Assembly: GCF_020745735.1 (NCBI RefSeq)
Contig: NC_083403.1
Span: 102,262,378 to 102,326,377, forward strand
From: Hemiscyllium ocellatum
Taxonomy: Eukaryota
Direction: 5' to 3'
Length of the DNA: 64,000 nt
The notes below the pieces were generated by a model. That model searched no databases. It had not been told where the DNA came from and saw only the letters and a list, made by a program, of their open reading frames with translations. Below are positions 1 through 12,400 of the stretch, in pieces. The position numbers and the translations under genes were made by a program. Every line of letters starts with the position of its first letter. The first letter of the stretch is position 1.

Positions 1-1084
1 TCACTTGAATCAAAAACCTTTTTAATCTCAAGTATTTTTAAAGATTAAACAATCCTAAACTTAAATTTTCTCTCTCTTACAATTTAAAAAGTTGAGTAAG
101 TAACAATACAGCTTCAATAGTTCCAACATACCTAAACAAATAGACTTGTTCTTCAGCTTTCTGAAAATTAGTTGAAAAAAATCAAAGCAATTCAGATGTC
201 CTGTCACATGGTGGGAAGAGGTACGGTCTGTCAATTGCCATGAAAGAATTATATTGATGGGAAAACCAAGACCACCAAATGCATTCAGATGGCACCATCT
301 TTCTTCTGTTAAAAGTTAAAGCTGCAGAAAAGAAAGCATTATGTTAAATTCAAATGCAAGATTTTTGAAAGCTTTTTTTTTAAAATCACAATTTTAGATT
401 AGAAACAATGACCAGATAATTATTTCTGAACCATGTGTTGAAGTTGCACAAAGGGACCCTGCAGACTCTCCAACATAATTTGGCCAGATTTTCTGAGGAG
501 CAGAAGAAGTCTTGCGCCTTCTTTTTAAAAGAACATAAAACTCTATTTCTGACAGGAAACTCTGACTACGGCTCCTGCAGAAACAAGGGGTCGTATTTTC
601 ATTCTGACAGGTCACTTATCATGCAGGCAGTCAGATGAAAGCAAACTATGACTCCTTTACAGCAGTCAGCTGCTGTATTCTGCAATTTAAAGGTCCATCA
701 TTGCAGACAGCTTCTTCTAAAAATACCCTATGAAAGGGTAAGTACATAGGTGTGAAATTAGGGTGACAAGGCAGGGTAAGGTAACAGAGAGCTACGGACC
801 ACCGTGAGTAAATGGGGAGCCAGGTCCAAGAGAGAGGGCAGAGTACCAACTGGATAGAATGTCACAGCACAAATGGGTCAGGGAAGTGGTAGTTTGGATT
901 GATTGGAGGATGGAGTTATCAAGCCTGAAGCTAAGGGGTATCAGGTCAGTATGGTGGTGGCAGCTTTGAGTACAGGAGTGTGCTGAGGATAGAGTGGAAT
1001 GTCAGATCAGGGTCTGTGTTATTGCAATCTGAGGGAGGTGTAGCGAGGAATCTGAGAGGGAAGTTGCAAATCAGGTAAATAGTC

Positions 1085-2062
1085 ATTCCGAATTCTTGAG
1101 AAGATTTGTAGCTCAGGTTGTGGAAGCAGTCATGGATTTGTTCACTGAGCTGGTATGTTTCTCTGCAAATGTTGCGTCACCTCACTAGGTGACACCATCA
1201 GTGCATTTTTAATAAGATGTTGGGGGTCTATCCAGTCTGGTATTTATATGTCTTTGTTTGTTGATACTTCCGGTTCTGTATCTGAGTGGTTTGTATATGA
1301 AGTCCAGTTCAACGTGTCTATTGAGTGAGTTCCGGTTGAAGCGCCAAGTTTCAAAGAATTCTCTGGCATATCTCTGTCTGCCTGTGCTAGGATGGTTACA
1401 TTACCTTAGTTGAATTTGTTCTCCCCATTGTCTGTGTGGTAGAAAATGACAGTGTACTGGCAGTGGCAAGTTGATATTCGTACACTCATATGGTCAATTT
1501 TCTTCCTGTTTGTCCTATGTAGTGTTTTTCACAGTCTTTGCAGGGTATCTTGTAGGTAATGTTCATCCTGCTATATGTGGATGTCAGGTCTTTAACCTCT
1601 GTGAGGAACTATTGCAAGGGGTTAACTGGTTTGTAAGCTACTAAGATTCCCAGGCATCTGAGTAGTCATAATAACAGGAGGAAAACTGACCATACAAGTG
1701 CACGAACAACAGCTTGCTGCTGCCAAACACGACCAGTACTCTCTCACTTTCAACCACACAGATAAAGGTCACAGATTCAACTGGGACAACATAACCATCC
1801 TAGCACAGGCAAAACAGAGATACACTAGAGACTTCCTTGAAGCTTGGCATTACAACCAAAGCTCAATCAATAGACACATTGAACTGGCGCCCGTATACAA
1901 GCCACTCAGATACAGAACTGGAAATATCAACAGAGACATAAATACCAGGCAAGACAGACCACCAACACCTTATCAAAGGTGTACTGACGATGTCACCTAG
2001 CAAGGCGACAAAACATTTGCAGAAAAACACACCGGCTTGGCGAACAAATCCACAACTGCAGT
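1085..2062. mobile_element. Penelope-like element fragment with inverted arms (GIY-YIG C-terminus plus terminal repeat on each strand)
   Basis: Minus strand about 1500-1565 encodes NITYKIPCKDCEKHYIGQTGRKL (GIY-YIG); plus ORF 1698-2000 is its C-terminal tail; decayed hammerheads at about 1165-1203 (-) and 1984-2017 (+). Confidence 0.8.
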
Positions 2063-2944
2063 CATCCAGGGGTTAGATTAGGCATTTAATAGTGCAATTA
2101 TTTCTAAGGAACTATTTACTGAACTGCAGTGGATCCCCTAATTAGAAAAACAAATTAATACACAGAACAAATCAAATAGAGAAAGCAATTAATTAACCTA
2201 GAATTACATACCTACTGCAAAATATTTGGATGAACTAACATTGGAATTGTGCTTGAATGAAAGAAATCAGCTGGTAAATTGTGTCAAATAAACAGACTAG
2301 AAAATTGCAGACAGTTAGTCATCATTTCCCAGCATTTTTTTTAGATTTGATAATATTGTGCTTGGATTTGGGAATTTGTAAATTACTTAAGAAGAAAGGG
2401 AGGGAGAAATCCAAAACCATGCATTTGCTAATTTAAAATTACGTGTCAGAGTATTTTATAAACCAAGTAAAAGCACAATGTGCAATGACTATTTTATAAG
2501 TAAACAAAGCAGACAATCTCTATATATCAAGATCCCAAACAACAGAATAATTAAATACCAAAATTAAAATTGCTTGTAGATTAATGTTGGCTCAGACTGT
2601 ACCCTCAACAGTGACCCAATCCCTCAGTATAGCCTGGATAGATGTTCAACTTTATTACGGAGACAAATCACTAAACATAACGGATACTGCACTTAGTGGA
2701 ACTCTGGAAATACCTTTGATCAATTTAAATCCAACACAATTTGCATTGAGGTTAATTAAAGGGACCACTCAATTTTAAATGAATAACGCATTACATGTGC
2801 TAGGCACAAAAAAACAAATATGACCTTTGCTGAAACAAAGATATATAATATATGTACTATACTCCCTAGCAAACTATAAAGTAATTGTACAGAAAAGGTT
2901 TCCCGCTGTTTATTGCTGCACACCAATGTCTCATAAGCAATGCC

Positions 2945-3125
2945 ATTACGGACAGACGGTCAGCTTTTCTTCGTGACGTTGATTAACGAACAAATATCGG
3001 TCCGAAAGCCGGGGCGAACTCCCCTGCTGTTTGTCCAACAGAGCAGTAGTATCTTGTACAAAAAAAGAGACGAGGCCTCAGTTTGATATCTCACACCTGC
3101 CAAGTACAGCCCACACCTTGGAGCT
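2945..3125 (-). mobile_element. Old Deu-domain-like SINE remnant in the NUP43 promoter
   Basis: aaatatcggtcc...ggggcgaactcccctgct...gaggcctcagtttgatatctca is the reverse complement of the core also seen at 22430-22535. Confidence 0.5.
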
Positions 3126-3347
3126 CGGACAGACCCGCTCCCCGATACCAATCGTGTATTTTATAATCACTCTAATGCGGATAATCCATGTTACTCACCA
3201 TCAAGTCTCAAAGGCTGAAGTTTCCAAATAAACAAGGAGCGGCTCAGAAACAATACACTGTGCCGGAAGGTCTGGTCGGCTCGCCCGGATGTTGTCGATG
3301 TTAACCCGGAAGTTGCCAGCCCCAGAGTCACGGCTCTGTCCGCTGTC

Positions 3348-3458
3348 ATGGAGGGTAGGTTTGTTTCGCACAAGATCAGCCGGGTTCGCTGGCTCCCGGT
3401 GTCCGGCTCCAGCCTGCAGCTCCCCGAATACTTCGCCACCGGATCCTGGGATGCTGAG
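3348..3458 (+). CDS. NUP43: NUP43 coding exon 1
   Basis: gtcATGG start; MEGRFVSHKISRVRWLPVSGSSLQLPEYFATGSWDAE; donor GAG|gtgagc. Confidence 0.95.
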
Positions 3459-6400
3459 GTGAGCAGAGAGCGGCGGCCCGGAGGCTGAGTGAAGGGCAAG
3501 TGCACAGCATGGTCATCCGGGAGAGGAGGAGATGGGAACAAAAATGGGGGGGAAAAGGGAATGGAATTGGACGGAGAGGCGGTGAGTGGAAGAGAGAGGC
3601 CCCCGAGGGAAGAGGAAAGACAGGGGTCCCTGGGCAGGAATGAATCTGAATAGAATGCATGCGGGATCCTCTTCTCACTCACTCATTCACACACAATGTT
3701 TTTTTTAAACCAAAAGAATGGATACCAAGCTAGTTTGGTAAGACGCAAGAAAGCGCGATTAAAGGCACTTTGGAAGTGGTTTTCCTGATCCTGGGATCAA
3801 TATTACAAACAATATGAATTAAGAGATGAAAGGACTGACCAATTTCAAATCCTGCACGTGACACCAAATTTGACAATGGAGAGGTAAGGGTAAATGAGAA
3901 AATACAGAAAATAAATACTACACAAACAGCAAATGAAGTACAGTTGTGGACGAGTACTTGCTGACAAGTGTGGTTATCAATATAGGAAATTCTGTGACCA
4001 TCAATCATGAGTTTTGTGGGTCCTTGCATAGCTGATGAGCCTAATTCTAGAGCTACATCTCTGACCACATATTTGCCAGGTGTTTCTAGAAGATGGAAGT
4101 GGTCCTTGACCTTCAAATCATTGCCATTGTTTTCTCAAGTTCCTTTTCTGTACCCCTGTTGCTGATCGTGTTCTTGAAGAATTGTGTTCCTTCATACAGG
4201 AGTTTCCACCAAGTCCGTGTCTTCTGAACGATGGTTTCCTATGTGTTAACATCTGTGTTGCATTTCATGATGTAGGCTTTCAGGGGATCTGGATGTAGGT
4301 TTGCTCGCTGAGCTGGAAGGTTCGTTTTCAGACGTTTCATCACCATACTAGATAACATCATCAATGAGCCTCCGGATGAAGCACTGATGGCATGGCCCAC
4401 TGGTGCCTATGCCACCAGTGTATCATCTGGAGGCTCACTGATGATGTTACCTAATATGGTGACGAAATGTCTGAAAATGAACCTTGCAGCTCAGCAAGAA
4501 AACATACATCCAGAACCTCAACCTGAGCTACAAATCTTCTCAAAACCCACTTTCAGGAGACTTTGAAACACTTCCTTTGTCCTCCTTTTATTCAAAGGCC
4601 TTCCTCTAACTGGATGAAGAGGATTTGCTTTGACAGTCAGAACTCTGACATCTTAAGCATGTGGCCAGCCCAACGGAATTGGTTTTGGATGATTGTGGCC
4701 TGTTGCTGATGCTATTAACTGTTTCAAGGACACTGACGTTAGTACACCCGTCCTCCTGGAAGATATGGAGACTCCCATCTCAGACAGTGTTGATGATATT
4801 TCTCCAGCGTCTTAAGGTGGCATCTACATATCATCCAAGTTTCGGAGCAATCTAGAAGAGGTAACAGAACTGGAATATGCATAAGGATCTTGGTATCAGC
4901 ACGGATGTCACAGACATTGAATAGTCTCATCCTTAGTTGTTCAAAAGTGGGACTTGCAGGTTGGGTGTGATGTTGCATCTCTGCATTTATGTTAGCCACA
5001 GATGAGAGTTAGCTTCATAAATAATGGAAATGTTTCACATTTGGGAGGATTTCTTCACTAACCTTAATGGAGGGATGGATGGAACTTGACTGGGGGACAG
5101 ATCAGCGAAGGATTTGAAAATTCAGGTTGAAACTAATTCTTCAGATTCTTCTTCAGAGACATTAAATAAAGTTTGAAGATTCTGTTCTGAGAGTGTGGAG
5201 ATGACATTGTCATCTGTAGACTGAGGTTCCAGAAGTGAGATCAGTTATGTTTTCTTGGATTTAAATTGTTGGGTTTAAGAAGTTTTCCATCCATCCTGTA
5301 GGCAATGTCCACATTGCTAGGAAGCTTGTTTGTGACCAGGAGAAGAATCACATTGATGAAGATGGAATAAAGGGCAGTGATGATATATCCCCGCTTGACT
5401 TCTGAGATGACTTCAAAGGATTCTGTCATATTACTGTCAGAGACTCATTACTGATATCTTATCATGGAGATGTAAGATGTTGATGAATTTCACCGGACGA
5501 TCAGCCTTGCCGGTGACATCCATAACACGTCCCGATTGACTGAATCAGAAGTCTTGGTCAAATCAAGGAGGACCATGTAAAGTGGTGTTCCTGGCATTTT
5601 TCTTGGAGTTGCTGAGAGTAAAAATCATGTCAACAGTTCCACGCTTTGGTCAGAAGCCACACTGGCTTTCAGAAAGAATTTCCTGAGGCTGGGAGAAGGC
5701 ATCTAATGAGGATTCAGGCAATGTTCTTTCCAGTGATGGAACAAGGGGAGATTCCTCGTAGTTCCAAGTCCACTTTGTCTCCTTTCTTGAGGATTATAGT
5801 GATGGCAGCATCCCTTATATTGACAGGGATCTCGTCTTTGTCCAGATTTTCAAGAAGAGTTGATGGAGGAGTAGAGCTTACATGTCATCTCCAAGTTTGA
5901 AAATCTGCACTGGAATCCTGACTATTCCTGTTTCTTCATCTTCAACTGCTTCTGGTAGCATTTGATGGACATTGGAGGGGAGAGTCAGTGGTCTGTCCAG
6001 CAGTCGTCTGCACTGTTCATCACTTTGGTAATCCTTTTTGGTCTCTGGATTGAATGATGACATAATGGGTCATGTGTTAGTGCTTTGATCATGGATGCCT
6101 CCATGAAGTCTTGAACCTATCTTTTTAGAATAACAATGTGTTTGTGATGTACATTTGGTGAGCAAGAGAATCCTGTCAGAGTTGCACTCCTTAAATCCTT
6201 TTCCAAAGGTCCTTTGAGAGTTGTGTTCTTTCCAACACAAACATTCATGTCCTCAAGGACAATAATTTTATCTTCCTCAGATGTTGGTGTCCAGCGGGGA
6301 ACAGAAACTTCTTTGGACTCATCTATGGCATTAAGGGTTGGAGCAGAGTTGGTTCTTGGCAAGTTTTAGATGGAGAGATATGAGGCAATCATTGAAGCCG

Positions 6401-9400
6401 ACAGGAATCTCCAAGCATTGGTTAATGAGTTTGTTCTTGATTTGTGAATCCAATTCCATTTGACATGGGTTGATTCTCTGGTTTCCCCCATATCCTTCTT
6501 CCATCAGTTGCCTTTGAGACTTCTGTAGAGCAGTGATGGTTGAGATTAAAGTGCCTGAGTTTACAGCAACAAGGGCAGTTCTTCAATCCAGACAATTGTT
6601 TTGTTGGTAATCCATGAGGGTTCATATATTCAAGGTTCTAAGATTGGGTTTGACTTTGGTTTTCAAACTGCAAGTAGAAGATCCCATTGTATGTGTATTT
6701 TCAGCCAGATTGGTGATTGAACAAATTATTTACAGGGCATCTTTTCTAGCCCCTTCTCTGAACATGGTGAACAAGATAGATCCCCAAAAGGGCTGCTCAA
6801 TCAGGAAGACAGCTGTTGAAAGATTCTCCTGCTCTTATTCGAAGAGCAAAACTAATGAGTCAGACTCCACTGTGTATTGCTGGTACAAAGCTAGGGTCTT
6901 TCAGATGCCACAATTGTCCTCATCACTTTTCATCAATCATACACAAATGTAAGGTGCTCTTTCACATCAAGGATAAGGAGGTCACATTTTCCTTACAAGT
7001 GTTGTGTCTAAATAAGTGCAAGGATAAGAGAATGCAAACACAATTGTTAAAAGTAGCAACAGATTAACAAGGCATTAGGAAAAAACAAATCATGGGGTTG
7101 GTTTTAGAGAGAGAACTGATGAGCAGAGAAGTTTATATGAAAGGTGTATACAACCTTGGTTAGACCACATTTGGAGCATTGTGCACAGTTCTGGTCTCTG
7201 TTATTAAAAGGATAGAGTCGCTGGTTAAGATGCAAAAAAAAAGTTTGACTGTAAAACACCAGAGTTGAGAGGTCATACCCATTTAAAAAAAGTTGAATAG
7301 GCTGGGATTCTCTTGTGACCAGGAGACAGCATATGCCGGAGAGTCAGTTGAAACTTGTGGCGCTGGAAAAGCGCAGAAGGTCAGGCAGCATCCGAGGAGC
7401 AGGAAAATTTGATGTTTCAGGCATAAGTCCTTTATTAGGAATGCAGGAGGGAAGGGGGCTCGTAGGTAAGGGAGTGGGGCTTGGGGCCAAGGTAGCTGGG
7501 AAGGCGATAGGAAGATGGAGGTGGGGAGTGATGGTGATAGCTCGGAGGGGAGGGTGGAGTGGATAGTTGGGAAGGAAGATGGACAGGTAGGACTGTTCAT
7601 GAGGCTTGGGTCTGGGATGAGGACAGATGAGGAAATTGGTAAAATCGACGTTGATGTCGTGTGTTTGGAGGATCCCAAGGCAGAAGATGAGGCATTCTTC
7701 CTCCAGGCATTGGGTGACTTGGATTTGGTGGTGGAGAAGACCCAGGACTTGCATGTCCTTGGCGGAGTGGGAGGGGAAGTTGAAGTGGTCGGCCATGGGG
7801 CAGCGGGGTTGTTTGGTGCATGAATCCCAGAGATGTTCCCTGAAACATTCCTCAAGTTGGCGCCCTGTGTCCCCACTGTAGAGGAGACCATGTCAAGAGC
7901 AACTGACACAGTAAGTGAGAGAGATGTGGATGTGCAGGAAAATCTCTGCCAGATGTGGAAGGATCCTTTTTGGGGCCTTGGATGCAGGCGAAAGGGGAGG
8001 TATGGATGCACGTTTTACATGTCTTGTGACAGCAAGGGAAGGTGCCAGGGGTAGAGGATGCGTTAGCGGGGGGCGTGGGGAGGGAAATATATCTCTGGTG
8101 GTGGGGTCTGATTTTAGGTGGTGGAGATGACAGAGGATGATGCATTGTTTCCAGAGATTAGTGGAATGGAAGGTGATGACCGAGGGAGGGGTTCTATCCT
8201 TGATACAACGCATATCATCCCCCATTTCCGCCTCCTACAATCAGACCCCATCACCAGAGATTTAATTCCCACCCCACCCCTATCGTCATTCCACAGAAAC
8301 CACTCCCTCATTAGGTCCATGCCCCTACTAACTGACCCTCTGCTCCCGGTACCTTCCCTTGCTGCCACAAGAGGTGTAAAACGTGCACCCACACCTACCC
8401 CTCACTTCTGTCCAAGGCCCCAGAGGATCCTTCCACATTCAGCAGAGATTTTCCTGCACATCCAAACATCCTATCTACTTTGTTCTGTTGTCTTGATGTG
8501 GTCTCCTCTACATTGGGATAATATCTCTGGAACACGTGCACCAAACAACTCCATCACTCTGCAGCCAACCACCTCAACTCCCCCTCCTACTCCAAGTCCT
8601 GGGCTGCCTCCACCACCAAATCCAAGCCATCTATGCCTGGAGGAATAAAGCCTCATCTTCTGCATTGGGACCCTTCAACCACAAGGCATCAATGTTGATT
8701 TCACCAATTTCCTTATCTCTCCCTCCCCTATCCCAGGCCCAACTCTCCAACCCGGCACTGCTCTTTTGAACTGTCCTACCTGTCCATCTTCCTTCCCACC
8801 TATCCCCTCCACCCTCCCCTCTGACCTATCACCATCGTCCCCCCACCCAACCTAACCTCCATCTGCATATCACCTTCCCAGCTATCTTCCCCTTCAAGCC
8901 CCCCCCCCCCCCCCCCCCCAAAACATTCCTGATGAAGGGCTTATGCCCAAAACATCAATTCTCCTGTTCCTTGGATGCTGCCTGCCCTTTTGTGCTTTTC
9001 CAGCACCACACTTTTCGACTCGACTTCTCTTCTGTGTGACCTGATAGGTTTTTACAATAATGAAAGGGTTAGACAAGATAGATGTGGAGAAAATATTTTC
9101 ACCTGTAGAGGGATTCTGAAACTAGAAGCCATTAATCCAAATGAGAGTTCAAAGGGAATACCATCCAGGTGTTGGTCTAAGTAGTCTCTTACTTTCTTTC
9201 TGTTCTGGAAATGCTATTATAGATCATTGGAGTGATTTGTTTTAAAATCTGGATATTGTACCTTGGGGAATGAATACAGAGCTTGGAGAGGATACAGAGG
9301 AGATTTACTCGACTCGTATCAAGGTTGAGAGCCTTCATTTTATGCAAAGAATCCGCAGGAACTGGGATTGTTCTTGGAGCAAAAAGGAACACACGGAGAT

Positions 9401-12400
9401 TGAGTGGAGTAGTTCAAAATTATGTAACATTCTGATAAAGTATATAAAGAGCAAGTGTTTTCAATTGTAGCATAGCTGGTAATTTGATGACACAATTTAA
9501 GATGTTTATCAAGAATCAGAAGGAGAATGAGAATTTGATTTTATGCAAGGCAGTAAGATCTGGAATGCACTACCTGACAAAGTGGTGGCATAGATTTAAT
9601 ACAGTAGTAAATTTCCAAAGGCAATTGGATAAACATTTTAATAAGGAAAAGTGTACAAGGCTATAAGGAAAGAGCAGGGAAAGTGGGACTAACTGGACAA
9701 CACTTTCAAAAAACCAGCATTGCTGTGATGGGCTGAATGGATTCTTATTCAGAGGAAAATGCCATAATTCATTATTTTGTTCTCGTACGTTCATCTCTTG
9801 CCTCTCACTTGGGGTTTACAGAATTCGTTTTTACTGTTTCTACAGTCAGTTCCACACACTTGGTCCAGACTTATTAAGGGTGGTAATTGAAACAGGTCTT
9901 TTTTCTGAAATCTCTAAAATGCAAATTTTTGCACTTCCTCCCATGCAGCAAAACAAAGTGTGCCTTTGGGAAACAACTAACGTTGAAGGCATTGAAACAG
10001 ATCAGCTGTTCTTGGAGGACCCTAAGCCCTTGTGTTCGATCAACCACCAAGGTGACGTGATGGATCTACAGGTAACGAAAGTTGTAGTAAAGCTTTATAA
10101 AGACTGCACAGCTTGCTTCACTCATATTCCTTCCCCCACCCCACCCCAACCAGATTCCAATTTAAATACTGTTGCAACAATCCACTAGTAACTGGTATTA
10201 TTTTCGAAGTCACATGGTATAACCTGTGTTGAACTTTCATTGAAGAAATTGTGTTGGTTACAAGATGAAAGCTGACACCATTGGACCAAAGTGAATCAAA
10301 ACTGGGCAGAACTTTTAGCTTTAATTTATTCATAGAATCATGAAAATCTGCAATACACAAGGAAGCTATTTATGCCTGTTCTGATTCTTCAAAGGAGAAT
10401 TGTGCTTCACCCAACATCCCTACATGTTTCCCTGTCATCTTTGTAGGTTCCTTGTCCTCTGAGCCCTGAACAACACCTTTTTGAAATTATTCATACATCA
10501 GCATCCATTGCCTTTTCAAAAAGATCCTGACAATTGAGTCAAAAACATTTCTCCACATTCCCTCTCCAGATATTTTCTCAATGATTTTTGAATTACGAAC
10601 CCTAGTTACTAGCCCACTCACTAGAGAGATTTTTCTCCTCGACTTTATCAAAGTCTCTGGTTTTAGAATAACACTAGTTTGATCACCTAACTTTCGATGA
10701 TAAAAGTAGAACAGTCTCAATCTTTCCTCACAACCAAATTCCTCGAGTTCTCTGCAACTTTCTGGAGAAGCCTCATTGCATCAACCAACACGTCCATCCA
10801 CCTTCCTACAATCTCCCTACTCCAAAAAAATTTCCAGTAATGCAGTCTTTAAACACACTGGATGGGACGGTTATCCAATCCTTCCAATCCAGAGAAATAT
10901 GTTCCAAGGACAAAATGATTTCTGGATGTTGCATAAAGTCTTGACATCTTATCTTGAATCTGACAGAGGTAAATAGCATTGATTATGAATAGCGATGTAA
11001 CTATGCAGAGTTAAGTGTTGCCATAATATCGACCAATGTTACTGTACCCACATAGGCACATAAGACCTGGAGCTGAGATAGTTTTTTTTTATATACCAAA
11101 TTCTTGGCTTTGTCTAGGCAAGAAGGTCACCTTTAAAAGTAAGGAAGAGTCATCCACGCAATGTGAATGTAACCTCTTAGTTACAGGTGGCAAGGTTAAT
11201 GGGTTTCATTTCTTGAAGAGCACTGAGGGAATGGCTGACAGCTTAGGTGACAGCCATTTGGTCTTCTATCTCCATATAGACACTTCCAAATCTGTTGAAT
11301 AGAATTTCAGATGCTATTTAAATATATAACTGACTTTCCTTTCTTAAAAATCCAGAAAACTGTTCTTTATCATCAGTTCTTCTTTTTGTTTAATCTCAAC
11401 AATAAGCTCTGTGATAAATCTGGGCCAAGCCATTGCTGAAATTAAATTGCCAAAGTGTTTTCCAGTGCAATACATGTAGAACAGCCCTTTGAATTCCCAC
11501 AAATAAAATCCATCGGGGATGTGAGAAGCCGTGAAGCAGCAAGGCCAAGTGGAGGCTAATGCTCCTTCAGATCCCACCACAAAAGCTCGTAGAATGTACA
11601 TTGAGTTGGTTAATAAATTTTATTAGTTAATAAATCTGGAACTGAAACCTAATCTCAGCGATGCTATGATGAAACTATGATCATTATCAGAAAAATCAGT
11701 AAGAAACCTGCCATCCTTACCCATCTGGCCTGCGTGCGACTCCAGACACAGCAATCTGATTGACTCTGACCTTCACTCCTGAAATGGTTGTACAAACCAT
11801 TTGGTTGTGTCTAACCAGATGGACAGCAGATATTAAAGAAAATGGATCATCTTATCTAGGGATGGGTAACAACAACTGGCCTTTTCCGCAGTACCCACAT
11901 TCCACAAAAGAATATTTTTAAAAAGTCGACTCTCTGTTTCTACTCGTAAGTATTTGAACTGAAAAACTACTCTGTTCTAATATATCATGATAATTCCATT
12001 CTCGTGTTATAAGAAAATTGCGTAATAGCGGCACCATTTAAACTAATGGGGTCAGAATCATGTTAATGGCCAATACAGGTAAGAAAAGTTCGCGTTCCAC
12101 AAATAACAGTCTAAATTCTTCAATCGTGTTAAAGTCTATTCATGTTGAAAAAATATGATTTGTAGCAGAACCAACTGTAACCATGTATAAGGAATGCCCA
12201 ATGTCTACAGAAATTTGAAACCAAGGGCCTAATGATTATGTGAATCCCATCTTAGATTATGTACTGCATACTTTTTTCTAGTTTTCTGATGTAATATTTT
12301 TCTCTCGTTCTCAACTTTCTTCCTCTAAGTCTGAAGTCAACTAGTAATAGGATTAATTATGACTTGCCTTCTTTTATAGTTTCTGGATCAGGAAAGGATT

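Larger units (their letters stand above)
2940..3520. promoter_or_regulatory. CpG-rich NUP43 promoter, possibly bidirectional
   Basis: Local CpG enrichment; ETS/GABP-type CCGGAAG at 3263-3269 and CCGGAAGT at 3306-3313; CRE-like GTGACG near 2973. Confidence 0.7.
3990..6830 (-). mobile_element. Decayed RTE-clade LINE
   Basis: Minus-strand ORF pieces resemble the RTE endonuclease and RT (DKIIVLEDMNVCVG; TESFEVISEVKRGYI..LYSIFIN; INAEMQH...ASPTFEQLRMRLF); many stops. Confidence 0.8.

Noticed and set aside
398-737. Plus-strand exon candidate (attttag| ... aagg|gtaagt) with a 67-aa ORF
   Set aside because: No recognisable protein and no frame open across it; the splice-like motifs may be chance.
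3191-3682. 163-aa and 100-aa minus-strand ORFs over NUP43 exon 1
   Set aside because: Antisense shadows of GC-rich, purine-rich sequence with low-complexity products.
7283-8769. Many overlapping ORFs up to 242 aa
   Set aside because: Frameshifted PLE remnants in GC-rich inverted arms, not host genes.
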